Part shown: positions 1-10,300 of the stretch, piece after piece
Layout: each line of letters starts with the position of its first letter
Numbering within the stretch: position 1 is the first letter of the stretch
Assembly: GCA_013151735.1 (NCBI GenBank)
Contig: JAADHR010000017.1
Coordinates: 30,138-94,137, forward strand
DNA from: Calditrichota bacterium
GTDB taxonomy: Bacteria > Zhuqueibacterota > JdFR-76 > BMS3Abin05
Length of the DNA: 64,000 nucleotides
Reading direction: 5' to 3'
Translations under genes and position numbers: made by a program
Notes under the pieces: model-generated
What the model was told of the DNA's origin: nothing
The model's database searches: none
The model's input: only the letters and a program-made list of their open reading frames with translations

Positions 1-75
1 CGGCATTTGCGGGAGTACCTTACACTGATGATTGACATCCTGGAAGGAAATCGCGAACGGATTGATTTGAAATAG
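1..75 (+). CDS. 3' end of an unidentified upstream gene, partial (...RHLREYLTLMIDILEGNRERIDLK*)
   Basis: Open frame from the window edge to TAG at 73-75; too short to assign a function. Confidence 0.25.
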   Translation, partial: RHLREYLTLMIDILEGNRERIDLK

Positions 76-232
76 GGTCGCCCTGAAACAGGAAGTGTAT
101 TCAGCCAAAATGAAATGATCCGGACAAACGTGAAACGAACGGGCCGCTTAGCCGAGGGTGTGGGCGGGACTGCCGCCAAAACAGCGCAATATGGGGGTCG
201 ATTCTGAAAGTGTTTCCTTGGGAGGAGAAGAC

Positions 233-1459
233 ATGTTTGGGCAAAATCGCATCTTAAATCGTATCCGACAGATTGCGGCACTTGCAGGTGCAGCCATTTT
301 TATTCTTCCGATTTTTTCCTGTTCTCGCTCTCCAAAAACCCCAAAGCTCACACTGGCCGTTGCCCTGCTTCCGTCGGAACAGGTAGGCTATCGGAAAATT
401 CTGGATGATTTTTCAAAAGAAAGCGGCATTTCTGTAAATTTAGTGGCTCAGCAGTACGATCAGATTCGCTCCGTTATTGAGGCTGAGGCTCAGGCAGGCA
501 GGGGTGAATTGGATCTTGTAGAATTGGACATCTACATGCTGCCGCTGATGAGCCGGTTTATGCAGCCCCTCGATTCACTTGCCGGTCCGCTTGATTCATT
601 AAAAAAACATGTTCAGCCTGCTGCCTGGCAGGCCGGGTTTTTGGGAAATCCGCCTCACATGCTGTATCTTCCTCATCGTCTGAACTGGCAGGCGCTTGTC
701 TACAATCGGGCCAAAATACCCAATCCTCCCTCAAACTGGCAGGAGCTGATGGCCGTTGCCAAAAGCCATCCGGGAAGCATCGGTTTTAAAGCGGCAAAAT
801 ACGAAGGCCTCGTTTGCGATTTGTTTCCGTTCATCTGGCAGGCGGGCGGTGATCCCCTGCACCCGGAGAGCCCGGAGGTTGTGAAAACCTTCGTTTTTCT
901 CAAAAAATTGTCCCGATTTTTTAATCCGGCTGTACAATCGTACAAAGAAAACTCCATTCTTCAGGCGGAAGAACACGATGAAATTCTCCTGCACGAAAAT
1001 TGGCCGTTTGTTGTGCCTTTGTTACGGGAGAAGGGATTGCTGCATCATCCGTTTGAAACGGCTCCGTTGCCAGCCGGGCCGGCCGGGAGTGCGACCATTC
1101 TTGGCGGCGGGTACCTTGGCATCCCCAAAACGGCGCCGCATCCGAAAATGGCCGCCCGCCTGTTGACCTATTTGACATCTCCCGCCGTGCAAAAAAGGAT
1201 GGTGGCCGGGCTGGGCTGGTTCCCGATCCGCGACGAGGGGTGGAAGGCTCTCAGCGAAAAAGATCAAAAGGATTTTGAGGGCTTTTTGGCGATGCGGGAG
1301 TTTGTGCGTGCCCGCCCTCCGGTTTCGTTTTATCCGGAGGTGAGTCAAATCTGGCAGGATGGATTCTATCGGATCATTTTTGAAAACCAGGATATTACAA
1401 CGGTAGTCAAACAGATGCAGGAAAAAATTAACGGACTCAGACAGATGCCATTAAAATGA
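233..1459 (+). CDS. ABC transporter substrate-binding protein, family 1 (sugar/oligosaccharide), probable lipoprotein
   Basis: ORF 158..1459; the internal Met at 233 is followed by a hydrophobic signal and an FSCS lipobox-like Cys. It has the length and composition of family-1 solute-binding proteins. Its stop overlaps the next gene's start by 4 bp. Confidence 0.75.
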   Translation: MFGQNRILNRIRQIAALAGAAIFILPIFSCSRSPKTPKLTLAVALLPSEQVGYRKILDDFSKESGISVNLVAQQYDQIRSVIEAEAQAGRGELDLVELDIYMLPLMSRFMQPLDSLAGPLDSLKKHVQPAAWQAGFLGNPPHMLYLPHRLNWQALVYNRAKIPNPPSNWQELMAVAKSHPGSIGFKAAKYEGLVCDLFPFIWQAGGDPLHPESPEVVKTFVFLKKLSRFFNPAVQSYKENSILQAEEHDEILLHENWPFVVPLLREKGLLHHPFETAPLPAGPAGSATILGGGYLGIPKTAPHPKMAARLLTYLTSPAVQKRMVAGLGWFPIRDEGWKALSEKDQKDFEGFLAMREFVRARPPVSFYPEVSQIWQDGFYRIIFENQDITTVVKQMQEKINGLRQMPLK

Positions 1460-2310
1460 ACTACCTGTCCCGTCGAAAAATAACGTACGGGCTATTTGCA
1501 TGTCCGGCCCTCCTGTTTCTTTTCTTACAAATTTGGCCGTTGGGAGAAGCCCTTCGTTCGTCTCTGACGACGGTTGCCGGACATTTTACCACTCAGAATT
1601 TTCGGACTGTTTTTTCTGATCCCCTCTATCGAAAGGCGCTTCAGAACAACCTTGTGATCCCGGTTTGCAGTGTGCTGCTTGAAACACTCATTGGCGTGGG
1701 AATGGCTCTGGGATTTTACAGGTTGAGGCGAGGAAAAACCCTTTGGCGAACGGTCGCCATCGTTCCTTACGCTGTGCCTGAAATTGTTTACATTCTTACG
1801 ATGAAACTGGTTTTTCGGGAGCACGGTTATTTGAACAGCCTTCTTTTTTCTGTGACAGGCAGCGCCGGTCTGGTTAATTGGTTTCAACCCGGGCGTGTTC
1901 TCACGCTTTTTATGATTATTCTAATCGATGCCTGGCGGGTTACCCCTGTGGTTTTTCTGATTGTTCTGGTGGCCCTTGAACAATTGCCCGAGAGTTTTCT
2001 GGATGCCGCAAAAGTGGACGGCGCAACGGGATGGCAGGTAGCACGTTTCATTCAGCTTCCGCTGATTATTCCGGCTCTCCTGATCGCTGTTGCCTTGCGT
2101 GCTATCGACGCCTTTCGAATATTTGCTACGCCCCTTATTTTGGTGGGGGTTGAGGGATTGCCGGTCGTTACGTCTGTTGCCTACCATTACAAGGTCGATG
2201 TTAACAATCCCGCTCAGGCCAATGCCGCTGCGCTAAGCCTGGCCTTTTTTCTGGTGCTGGCCACAGGGGCCGCCTTTCTGTTTGCCGGAAGGAGGGTGAA
2301 TCGCAAATGA
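1456..2310 (+). CDS. ABC transporter permease, MalF/UgpA-like
   Basis: 284 aa with six predicted TM segments. The LPESFLDAAKVDGA region is an EAA-like motif. Start and stop overlap the neighbouring genes (translational coupling). Confidence 0.85.
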   Translation: MNYLSRRKITYGLFACPALLFLFLQIWPLGEALRSSLTTVAGHFTTQNFRTVFSDPLYRKALQNNLVIPVCSVLLETLIGVGMALGFYRLRRGKTLWRTVAIVPYAVPEIVYILTMKLVFREHGYLNSLLFSVTGSAGLVNWFQPGRVLTLFMIILIDAWRVTPVVFLIVLVALEQLPESFLDAAKVDGATGWQVARFIQLPLIIPALLIAVALRAIDAFRIFATPLILVGVEGLPVVTSVAYHYKVDVNNPAQANAAALSLAFFLVLATGAAFLFAGRRVNRK

Positions 2311-3146
2311 ACCAGACGACTCACCATCGAAGGTTTAAGTTTTCATACGTCTTTTCCGGCCTGGGATTGCTTTCTCTGTTTGCAATCAATATCTTCCCGA
2401 TTCTTCTGGTTATTCGTCAGGCGATAACACCGGAGCGCGAGTCTGTTTTGTGGCCTTTGCGGGTACTGCCACAAAAGCTGACGCTTCTGAATTTTCACAT
2501 CCTGTGGCAAACACAGGCGCTGTTTTCGCACCTTGCTCTCAGCTTTTGGGTGGCATTGGGGACAACCCTCCTTTCCCTTGCACTGGGTTTCCCGGCGGGC
2601 TGGGCGGCTGCCCGGTCCCAAAAAATTGGCGGCATAGCCACCCGCTCGGCGCTGATCAGCCGTGTACTGCCTCCTATTGCCATTGCCATTCCCCTGACGG
2701 CTATTCTCATTCCCCTTCAACTCTACAATCACCCGATGGGTTTGGGCCTTATTTTGGCGCATCTGACATTGGGACTCCCCTTTGCCATTCTGATTGCATT
2801 TGCTTCCTTTTCGGATGTTCCCCGGGAGTTGGAAGAAGCAGCGTACGTGGATGGCTGTTCAACGGCCCGTGTATTTTTCAGGATTTCCCTTCCCGTGGCC
2901 AAAGGCGCACTCAGCGCCGCTTTTATTTTGATTTTCTTACTGTCCTGGGATGAATTTACTTATGCCCTGCTCATCCAGTTAACCCACCGAACCATGCCCC
3001 CGCTGATTTATTATTACACCGAATACGGGCAAATTGGTTCGGCAAGTGTACTGGCAACCTTGATGCTTGTTCCCGCTGTTTTTGTTATTGCCTTTTTGCA
3101 GCGATTTATGATGAAAGGAATGATCTCTGGAGTGCTGAAAGAATGA
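2307..3146 (+). CDS. ABC transporter permease, MalG/UgpE-like
   Basis: 279 aa polytopic protein. The ELEEAAYVDGCS motif is an EAA loop. Coupled to the flanking genes by 4-bp overlaps. Confidence 0.85.
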   Translation: MNQTTHHRRFKFSYVFSGLGLLSLFAINIFPILLVIRQAITPERESVLWPLRVLPQKLTLLNFHILWQTQALFSHLALSFWVALGTTLLSLALGFPAGWAAARSQKIGGIATRSALISRVLPPIAIAIPLTAILIPLQLYNHPMGLGLILAHLTLGLPFAILIAFASFSDVPRELEEAAYVDGCSTARVFFRISLPVAKGALSAAFILIFLLSWDEFTYALLIQLTHRTMPPLIYYYTEYGQIGSASVLATLMLVPAVFVIAFLQRFMMKGMISGVLKE

Positions 3147-3955
3147 CGGATTTCGAAAAAAAATTGGCGAACACCCCGATTTTGATGGATTTGTTTCGGG
3201 CTCTGGAAAAAACTCCACCGGAAAAGCGGCTTCTCATGCTCGATTACGATGGAACCCTGGCGCCTTTTCGGGTGGAGCGCGACCAGGCTGTGCCGTATCC
3301 CGGAGTTTCTGAAATTTTAGATCATTTAATAGCTGCCGGAACCTCACGTGTGGTCATTGTCAGCGGCCGTGCCGTAACCGATTTGCTCCCCCTGCTGGGG
3401 CTTTCCTCGTTGCCCGAAATCTGGGGCTCCCACGGACTTGAGCACCAGCTTCCTGACGGAACGTATCGCCTGCATTCGGTTGGATTGGCTGTACAACAGT
3501 TTTTTTCGGATGTGCAAAAGTGGGCACACAAAAAGGGTTGGGATGAGGCCTGTGAGGTGAAACCCGGCGGGGTGGCTTTCCACTGGCGGAGCTTGAACGA
3601 AGCCGAGCGGGAAAGGATGAAAACGGAGATTTTGGACGCGTGGAGTGAACCTGCCCGACAGCATCATCTGGAACTTCTCCTGTTTGACGGCGGGGTGGAA
3701 TTTCGGCTGCCGGGTGTGAATAAAGGCAAAGTGGTCAGGCAATTGCTGGATGAATCGGATGGCGGGGTGGCCGTTTATCTGGGAGATGATTTAACGGACG
3801 AGGATGCCTTTCGGGCCCTTCGGGGACGAGGCGTGGGGATTCTGGTCCGCAGAGATTTTCGCCCCACAGCAGCCGATGTGCATCTGGTTCCCCCGGAAGA
3901 GCTTTTGGAGTTTCTGCACAAATGGGAAAATACCTGTAAAATTTTTACTGGATAA
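3143..3955 (+). CDS. otsB: Trehalose-6-phosphate phosphatase (HAD-IIB)
   Basis: LMLDYDGTLAPF (the DYDGTL HAD motif I typical of trehalose-6-phosphate phosphatases) and a C-terminal GDDLTDEDAF motif. Sits in the same operon as otsA. Confidence 0.8.
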   Translation: MTDFEKKLANTPILMDLFRALEKTPPEKRLLMLDYDGTLAPFRVERDQAVPYPGVSEILDHLIAAGTSRVVIVSGRAVTDLLPLLGLSSLPEIWGSHGLEHQLPDGTYRLHSVGLAVQQFFSDVQKWAHKKGWDEACEVKPGGVAFHWRSLNEAERERMKTEILDAWSEPARQHHLELLLFDGGVEFRLPGVNKGKVVRQLLDESDGGVAVYLGDDLTDEDAFRALRGRGVGILVRRDFRPTAADVHLVPPEELLEFLHKWENTCKIFTG

Positions 3956-4153
3956 AATGGTTCTAAATGAGTATATTTAATATTTATAATAAGTAATGCG
4001 CAGGTTTACTGCAATTACACAAACGGTGTTCAGTTCCAATTGCAATGGATGGGTGTTTGTCATGCGGTAAGTTGGCCGTGGCGCGTTGACTAATAAACAG
4101 CCTGAACAATTGCCGCAATGGATTGTGGTAAAATCTTCAACGGAGGACTGTGA

Positions 4154-5230
4154 ATGAAATTTTTGGATTGGATGGTTTACAATAACAGTGTAAAAACCTG
4201 GATCATTGCCGTCTTGATTTTCCTGGTCAGTTTGGTGGCTTTCAAGATTATCAAGAAATTTGTTATTCGTAAATTGGGCGTATTGGCAAAACGCACCAAA
4301 AGTTCCGCAGACGACATCATTTTATTGTTCCTCGAAAAAACCACCTTCCTGATGCTTGTATTCATGGCCATTTTTTTGGGGTCGCTTGTATTGAGCCTCC
4401 CGCTGACCACCCGGCATATTATTCAGAGCATCGTCATTATTGTTCTTCTCTTTCAGGTGGCTGTTTGGGGGAATGCACTCATTTCATTTGGGCTCGATTT
4501 GTACAAAAAAAAGAGCACTGAAAAGGATCCGTCCGAAGCCACAACCATGGTCGCCATTGCATTTGTGGGGCGGCTCATCCTTTATTCGATCATCATTCTG
4601 CTCTCACTGGATAATCTGGGAATTAACATTACGGCCCTTATTACCGGTTTGGGAATCGGTGGAATTGCTGTGGCTCTGGCTGTTCAAAATGTTTTGAGTG
4701 ATTTGTTTGCTTCACTTTCAATTGTACTGGACAAGCCCTTTGTTTTGGGGGATTTTATTATTATTGACAACTATCTCGGGACCGTGGAGCATATCGGTTT
4801 GAAAACGACCCGGGTTCGCAGTCTTTCCGGCGAACAGCTTATTTTTGCTAATAATGATTTATTAAAAAGCCGTATTCGAAATTACAAGCGAATGTACGAA
4901 AGACGGGTCGTTTTTTCAATCGGGGTGACCTACAACACCCCCTACGAGAAGTTGGCGGCCATTCCGGGAATGATCCGGGAAATTGTTGAATCGAAAGAGC
5001 AGGTCCGTTTTGACCGGGCTCATTTTAAATCCTATGGTGATTATTCTCTCAACTTCGAGACGGTGTACTGGGTAAAAAATCCCGATTACAACGTTTATAT
5101 GGACATTCATCAGGCGATCAATCTGGAAATCTTTCGGAAATTTACGAAAGAAGGAATTGAGTTCGCATTTCCGACGCAGACCGTTTATCTGGAAAAAGAA
5201 AATCAAACAGACCAAAATAAACAGGAATAG
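4154..5230 (+). CDS. Mechanosensitive ion channel, MscS family
   Basis: N-terminal TM helices followed by the MscS beta-domain pattern (GTVEHIGLKTTRVRSLSGEQLIFANNDL). 358 aa. Confidence 0.8.
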   Translation: MKFLDWMVYNNSVKTWIIAVLIFLVSLVAFKIIKKFVIRKLGVLAKRTKSSADDIILLFLEKTTFLMLVFMAIFLGSLVLSLPLTTRHIIQSIVIIVLLFQVAVWGNALISFGLDLYKKKSTEKDPSEATTMVAIAFVGRLILYSIIILLSLDNLGINITALITGLGIGGIAVALAVQNVLSDLFASLSIVLDKPFVLGDFIIIDNYLGTVEHIGLKTTRVRSLSGEQLIFANNDLLKSRIRNYKRMYERRVVFSIGVTYNTPYEKLAAIPGMIREIVESKEQVRFDRAHFKSYGDYSLNFETVYWVKNPDYNVYMDIHQAINLEIFRKFTKEGIEFAFPTQTVYLEKENQTDQNKQE

Positions 5231-5238
5231 GAAACGAC

Positions 5239-6759
5239 ATGTTTGAACAGAAGGATGATCATCCGAGAAGCAAAGTAATTATTGTTTCCAATCGGTTGCC
5301 TATTGCGGTTACAAAAGATGAATCCGGAAATTGGCACGTGGAATCGGGCTCCGGTGGACTCGTAACGGCCCTGGCGCCTGTATTAAAAAATCGCGGCGGT
5401 TTATGGATTGGCTGGCCGGGAATACATGCCGAAGAAGGTCTCAACCTGGATGCCCTTCTAAAAAGTGCAACCCGGGACTCCGGCTATCGGCTTAAACCCG
5501 TTCTGCTTACAGAGGAAGAAATCAAAAAATACTACATGGGTTTTTCGAATGAAGTGCTTTGGCCCCTATTTCACGATTTTGTCCCCTTTTGTAATTTTCG
5601 ACCCGAATACTGGAAATTCTACACGCGGGTGAATAAGAAATTTGCTGAGGTTGTTCAGGCGAACAGCAGCGGCCGGGATTTTATCTGGATTCACGACTAT
5701 CATCTAATTGGTGTCGCAAAAGAGCTTCGCGAAATGGGAGACAAGTCAAAATTGGGCTTCTTTTTGCATATTCCGTTTCCCCCTCTGGACATTTTTTTGA
5801 AACTGCCCTGGCGGTTTCAGATTTTGCGTCTCCTGTTTCAATATGATTTGGTCGGATTTCAAACCCTCAGAGACCGCCGCAACTTCATTCAATGCGTTCG
5901 AACCCTCATGCATGATATGTCTATTCAGGGCAAGGGACAGGTTATTCGAATTAAAACGGAGAATCGTGAGATTCGGGTTGGGGTTTTCCCCATCAGTATT
6001 GATTATCATGAATTTGCAAACCTGGCCAAAACGGAAAGGGTTTCCAAAGAAGCCTGGTACATTCACGAAAATCTGCCGGAAGTTAAAATTATTTTGGGTA
6101 TAGACCGGCTGGATTATTCAAAAGGAATTATTGAAAAATTAAATGCTTATCGGAATGCCCTGCTTCGTTACCCGGAGCTGCAGGGCAATGTTATTTTGGC
6201 TCAGATTCTAGTTCCAAGCCGGCGCAGTATTCCCATGTATGCTGCACTAAAGGAAGAGATCGAACAACTGGTGGGCGAGATTAACGGCCAGTTTACGCGT
6301 TCAGGGTGGATCCCGATTTATTACCGCTTCCAGAGCCTGGGACGTGTGGAATTGGTGGCCCACTATCGCACAGCCGAAATACTGCTGGTTACGCCTCCCA
6401 AGGATGGAATGAATCTGGTTTCCAAGGAATATTGTGCCTCAAATATTGAGGAAAATGGCGTGGTTGTGGTCAGCGAATTCGCAGGTGTGGCGGCTCAGTT
6501 TCAAAAAAGCGCCATATTGATTAATCCTTACGATATTGAAGGTGTGGCCGATGCGATTTATCGTGCCTATTCTATGACTCCAGAAGAGCGTCGAATGCGC
6601 ATGCACAAACTCCGCCAATCCATCCGAAAAACAGATATTTACTGGTGGGTCAATTCCTTTCTATTGGCCGCCATTGCCAAACGTTTGGACAATTTTCCAA
6701 TCGTTGAAGATTATATCCCAATATATGACGACGAAGAAAGTTTTTCCGAAAATGGTTAG
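5239..6759 (+). CDS. otsA: Alpha,alpha-trehalose-phosphate synthase (GT20)
   Basis: IIVSNRLPI...GGLVTAL...LWIGWPG and IWIHDYHL are hallmarks of OtsA/TPS. 506 aa. Confidence 0.9.
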   Translation: MFEQKDDHPRSKVIIVSNRLPIAVTKDESGNWHVESGSGGLVTALAPVLKNRGGLWIGWPGIHAEEGLNLDALLKSATRDSGYRLKPVLLTEEEIKKYYMGFSNEVLWPLFHDFVPFCNFRPEYWKFYTRVNKKFAEVVQANSSGRDFIWIHDYHLIGVAKELREMGDKSKLGFFLHIPFPPLDIFLKLPWRFQILRLLFQYDLVGFQTLRDRRNFIQCVRTLMHDMSIQGKGQVIRIKTENREIRVGVFPISIDYHEFANLAKTERVSKEAWYIHENLPEVKIILGIDRLDYSKGIIEKLNAYRNALLRYPELQGNVILAQILVPSRRSIPMYAALKEEIEQLVGEINGQFTRSGWIPIYYRFQSLGRVELVAHYRTAEILLVTPPKDGMNLVSKEYCASNIEENGVVVVSEFAGVAAQFQKSAILINPYDIEGVADAIYRAYSMTPEERRMRMHKLRQSIRKTDIYWWVNSFLLAAIAKRLDNFPIVEDYIPIYDDEESFSENG

Positions 6760-7353
6760 AATCCGTATTTCTCAAAGCAAACAAATAGTTGTGGTTTGGC
6801 TTTCTGCCGGACTGAAGAATAAACGGGTAGGGCAACCGGGCCCCCATTTTCATTTCCCCATGCAGAACCATTCGAATTCTCCCCCATTTTTCACTCACGC
6901 TTAAATTCTCAATTTCAAATAAGATGTTTCATAGAGAGACACGGCACATCAAATGTGACAATTCTTTCTAAACGAATTGAACATAAATAAGAATAATTAA
7001 CTAATGAAGAAATAACTCATTAAATTATAAGACATTATATTAATAACAAGTTAATATAATATCCCACAAAATAGGGATTTAAAAAAATTATTAATGTGTT
7101 CTGGTATGAATTTTGTGGTGATTTAGCGAAGAAAATACGAACATTTTTTTGGCGGAAAGTTCCGGATGCTCTTCGACAATTAGACACCTAAAACGAAAGA
7201 AAGCCTAAAAGAATGAGGTGTGGTTCTTGTTCTTGATTATCTTTTTAGGGCTTTCTTCCGATAATAATCAGGTAGTTAGAAAAAAGACATGAATCGGCAG
7301 GTAGTATTAAACTGCAAATTAGCTGATTTTATTAAAAAAGGGATTCAAATAAA

Positions 7354-10300
7354 ATGGATAGTTCATTTGCAAACCGGCGTGTTTTCATTTTATTGGCAGC
7401 CATTGTCTTGCTGTTTCAAATGAATGGAATGGCTGCTCCTTTGGGAGTCGAATCTCAGTCAAAAAATTGGCCACAAATGAGTAAAACCGCACAAAATGTG
7501 TTCGAGAATCAATCAAGCGAGTCTGTGACCGGCACCATTGATACCATTGAGGTGACCGGTGATACAACCGCGTTTCCCCGCGATCCGTCCAAAATTTATG
7601 TTATTGCAGATTATCTACCCAAGATTTCAAAAGAAGTCGCGAATATTAAAGTGCAAAGTTCCGGCTTTTTTAGGATTTTTACCCAGGTTTTAAATGATAA
7701 GGATCAGCATAACGAAAGCTTTTTTCTGCAAATTCGTTATCCGGATAGTTCCCTTATTAATGCATGCGATGCCAACCTGGGACCGTACAAGGTCGTTATT
7801 GATACGACCGCTCCGGATTCAGAAGATTCCCAAATCCGGTACGCAGGTACATTTTATTTCAAAAAGGGAATCAACACAATTATCCTGAATCATTATGCCA
7901 AAATTGCCGTTCGTTTTCCAATATTCTGGAATGGGAATACGGACAGTGTCTCGATTCATTCGAATCCTGAAAGCGTCCATTTTAAACAGGTCATTCTAAT
8001 AAAAGTAACCAATCCCTTTGATGCAGCGTTAACCTATTCCGCAAGTGCAGATACACTCATCGATGTGGGGGGGCAAATGGTGAAAGCCGTGAAAGAGGGC
8101 AGACCGTATTCCTATGTATTAAGGGTGAAAAATGTTGGAAAGGGCAGACTCATTCGGTTTAAAATAAAAGCGCTCATTCCCGATTCCACCACCTTTTTTA
8201 ATATTCGGCCTGCACCGGACACAACCCGAAACGATACCGTATTCTGGCAAATTGATTCTCTTTCTCCCGGGGCGGAGCAAACCATTTTGATTGATGCCAA
8301 GTCTTTTACGAATCTGGTTGTAACCCCTCATCGCCTTTTTAGCCGCGCCTGGGTTGAATCCAAATGCGACACCAATCTTGTCAATAATGAAGATTCCACG
8401 ATTGTTTATGCGTATAGTCCGTGTGATTTTTTTACCCCGGAAGCCCCGCAAATTCAAGCAAGTTCACAGTCCGTTTTTGAGAATCAAAGCCTTTTCATCC
8501 GGGTTCGACTTCCCAAACGGGTGATGGCCTGGGATTTACGGGTCCATTATGCGGACGGAACCGTCGATTCAAGTTACGGGGACGCGTTTATCCAGTCAAC
8601 CGGCAATGTGGCCGACCAGTGGTTGACTGTTCACCCTCGTTTCACGAATACGAAACTGTTAACGGCGGCGGATCACGAACAAATCGTGTTTGAGCTTTTT
8701 TCAACAGATTCATGCGGATATTCGAATGTGGCATACGATACGGTAACCGTAAATCGGGAGAAGTGCGATTTGGCCCTGAACTACACGGCTCAAACGGATA
8801 CGATCGTTCATTATCAGGGGGCGGATGTTCCTGCCGTGATGGAAGGAGAAAGCTATTCCTACAAAATTGATCTCACCAATACCGGGCCGGATACCGCCCG
8901 GAGTGTTCGGCTTTGGGTTATCCGGCCGGATTCTGTAACCTGGAGCAGTTTTGTGCCTTCTCCTCAGGTTTTAAAGTCGGATACGGCTTTCTGGACATTT
9001 GATAAAATGTCTCCCGGAAGTGACAGAGAAATTACATTTCAAGCAACGGTAGCGGACTCTATTCCTGTTTCCCCTATTCAATTGCTGAGCAAAGCCGGAA
9101 TACAGGCCAAAGCGGATACGAATCAGGCGAATAATATCGACAGTACACGGGTTCTGGCGTTTGATCGGTGTACATTTTTTACCCCGGAAGCGCCGCAAAT
9201 CCAGCTTGTGCCGAATTCGGTATTTGAAGGAGACAGCGCAGTGGTCCGCGTGCGCCTTCCCAAACGCGTCACCTGGTGGGACATTCGTGTGTACACGGTG
9301 GACGGCCGCGTCGATTCAAGCTACGGGGATGCGTTTATCCAGTCAACCGGCAATGTGGCCGACCAGTGGTTGACCATCCGGCCGAGTTTCACCAACACAC
9401 AGCTTTTGACAGAGGCAAATCAGGAACCCATTGTTTTTGAATTGCGCACGCAGGATGCTTGCGGACATGCGGGATTGGTGCGCGATACGCTTTTTGTAAA
9501 GAGAATTATTGAAAAATGTGATGTGAGCCTGAAATATACGGTTCATACCGATACCTCTGTGGTCTACCAGGGGAAAACGGTTCCTGCTGTATTGGAGGGC
9601 ACATCCTATTCCTACGAAATTATGGTTAGAAATGCAGGCCCGGACACGGCCCGACATGTCCGGATTTGGGCCACCCAACCCGACTCGGCTACGTTTAACC
9701 ATTTTTCCCCTGCTATTCAATATGTAAATGGCGATACAGTCTTTTGGGCTTTTGATAAACTGGCTCCATCGGAAACCGTTAATCTCACATTTTCCGCTCG
9801 CGTTTCAGATAAACTTCCGGCTGCTCCGGTTGAGCTTTTTAGCAAGGCCATGGTACAGGCGGATGACGATACGAACCAGGCAAACAATGCGGATAGCACC
9901 CAGGTGTTTGGATTCAATTCTTGTGCATTTTTCTCTCCGGAATCTCCTAAAATAGAGGTTTCACCGGCTTTTGTGGAAGTAGGGGATAGCGTTCAGGTAC
10001 GTGTCTGGCTTCCCAAGGGCGTGGTATCCTGGGATGTTGATGTCCGGTTTGTAAATGGAAAAATAGATTCCAGTTACGCCGATGCCTTTATCCGTCGTAC
10101 CGGAAATGTTCCGGATCAATGGATCACGCTCCAGCCGGTATTTACCGAAACACGGCTTATTACACGGGCGCTTCAGGAGGCCATTATTTTTGAGCTTCAC
10201 ACGCAAGATCGTTGCGGGAATCGTCAAACAGCTCAGGCTCGGGTTTTAGTGAAGAGCAGTAATGATTGTCTGTTGGATCGAAATGTTTTCAAGGCAGAAG

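Noticed and set aside
2450-2953. 167-aa alternative-frame ORF within the second ABC permease gene
   Set aside because: Pro/Gly/Cys-rich, atypical translation fully embedded in a well-supported permease gene.
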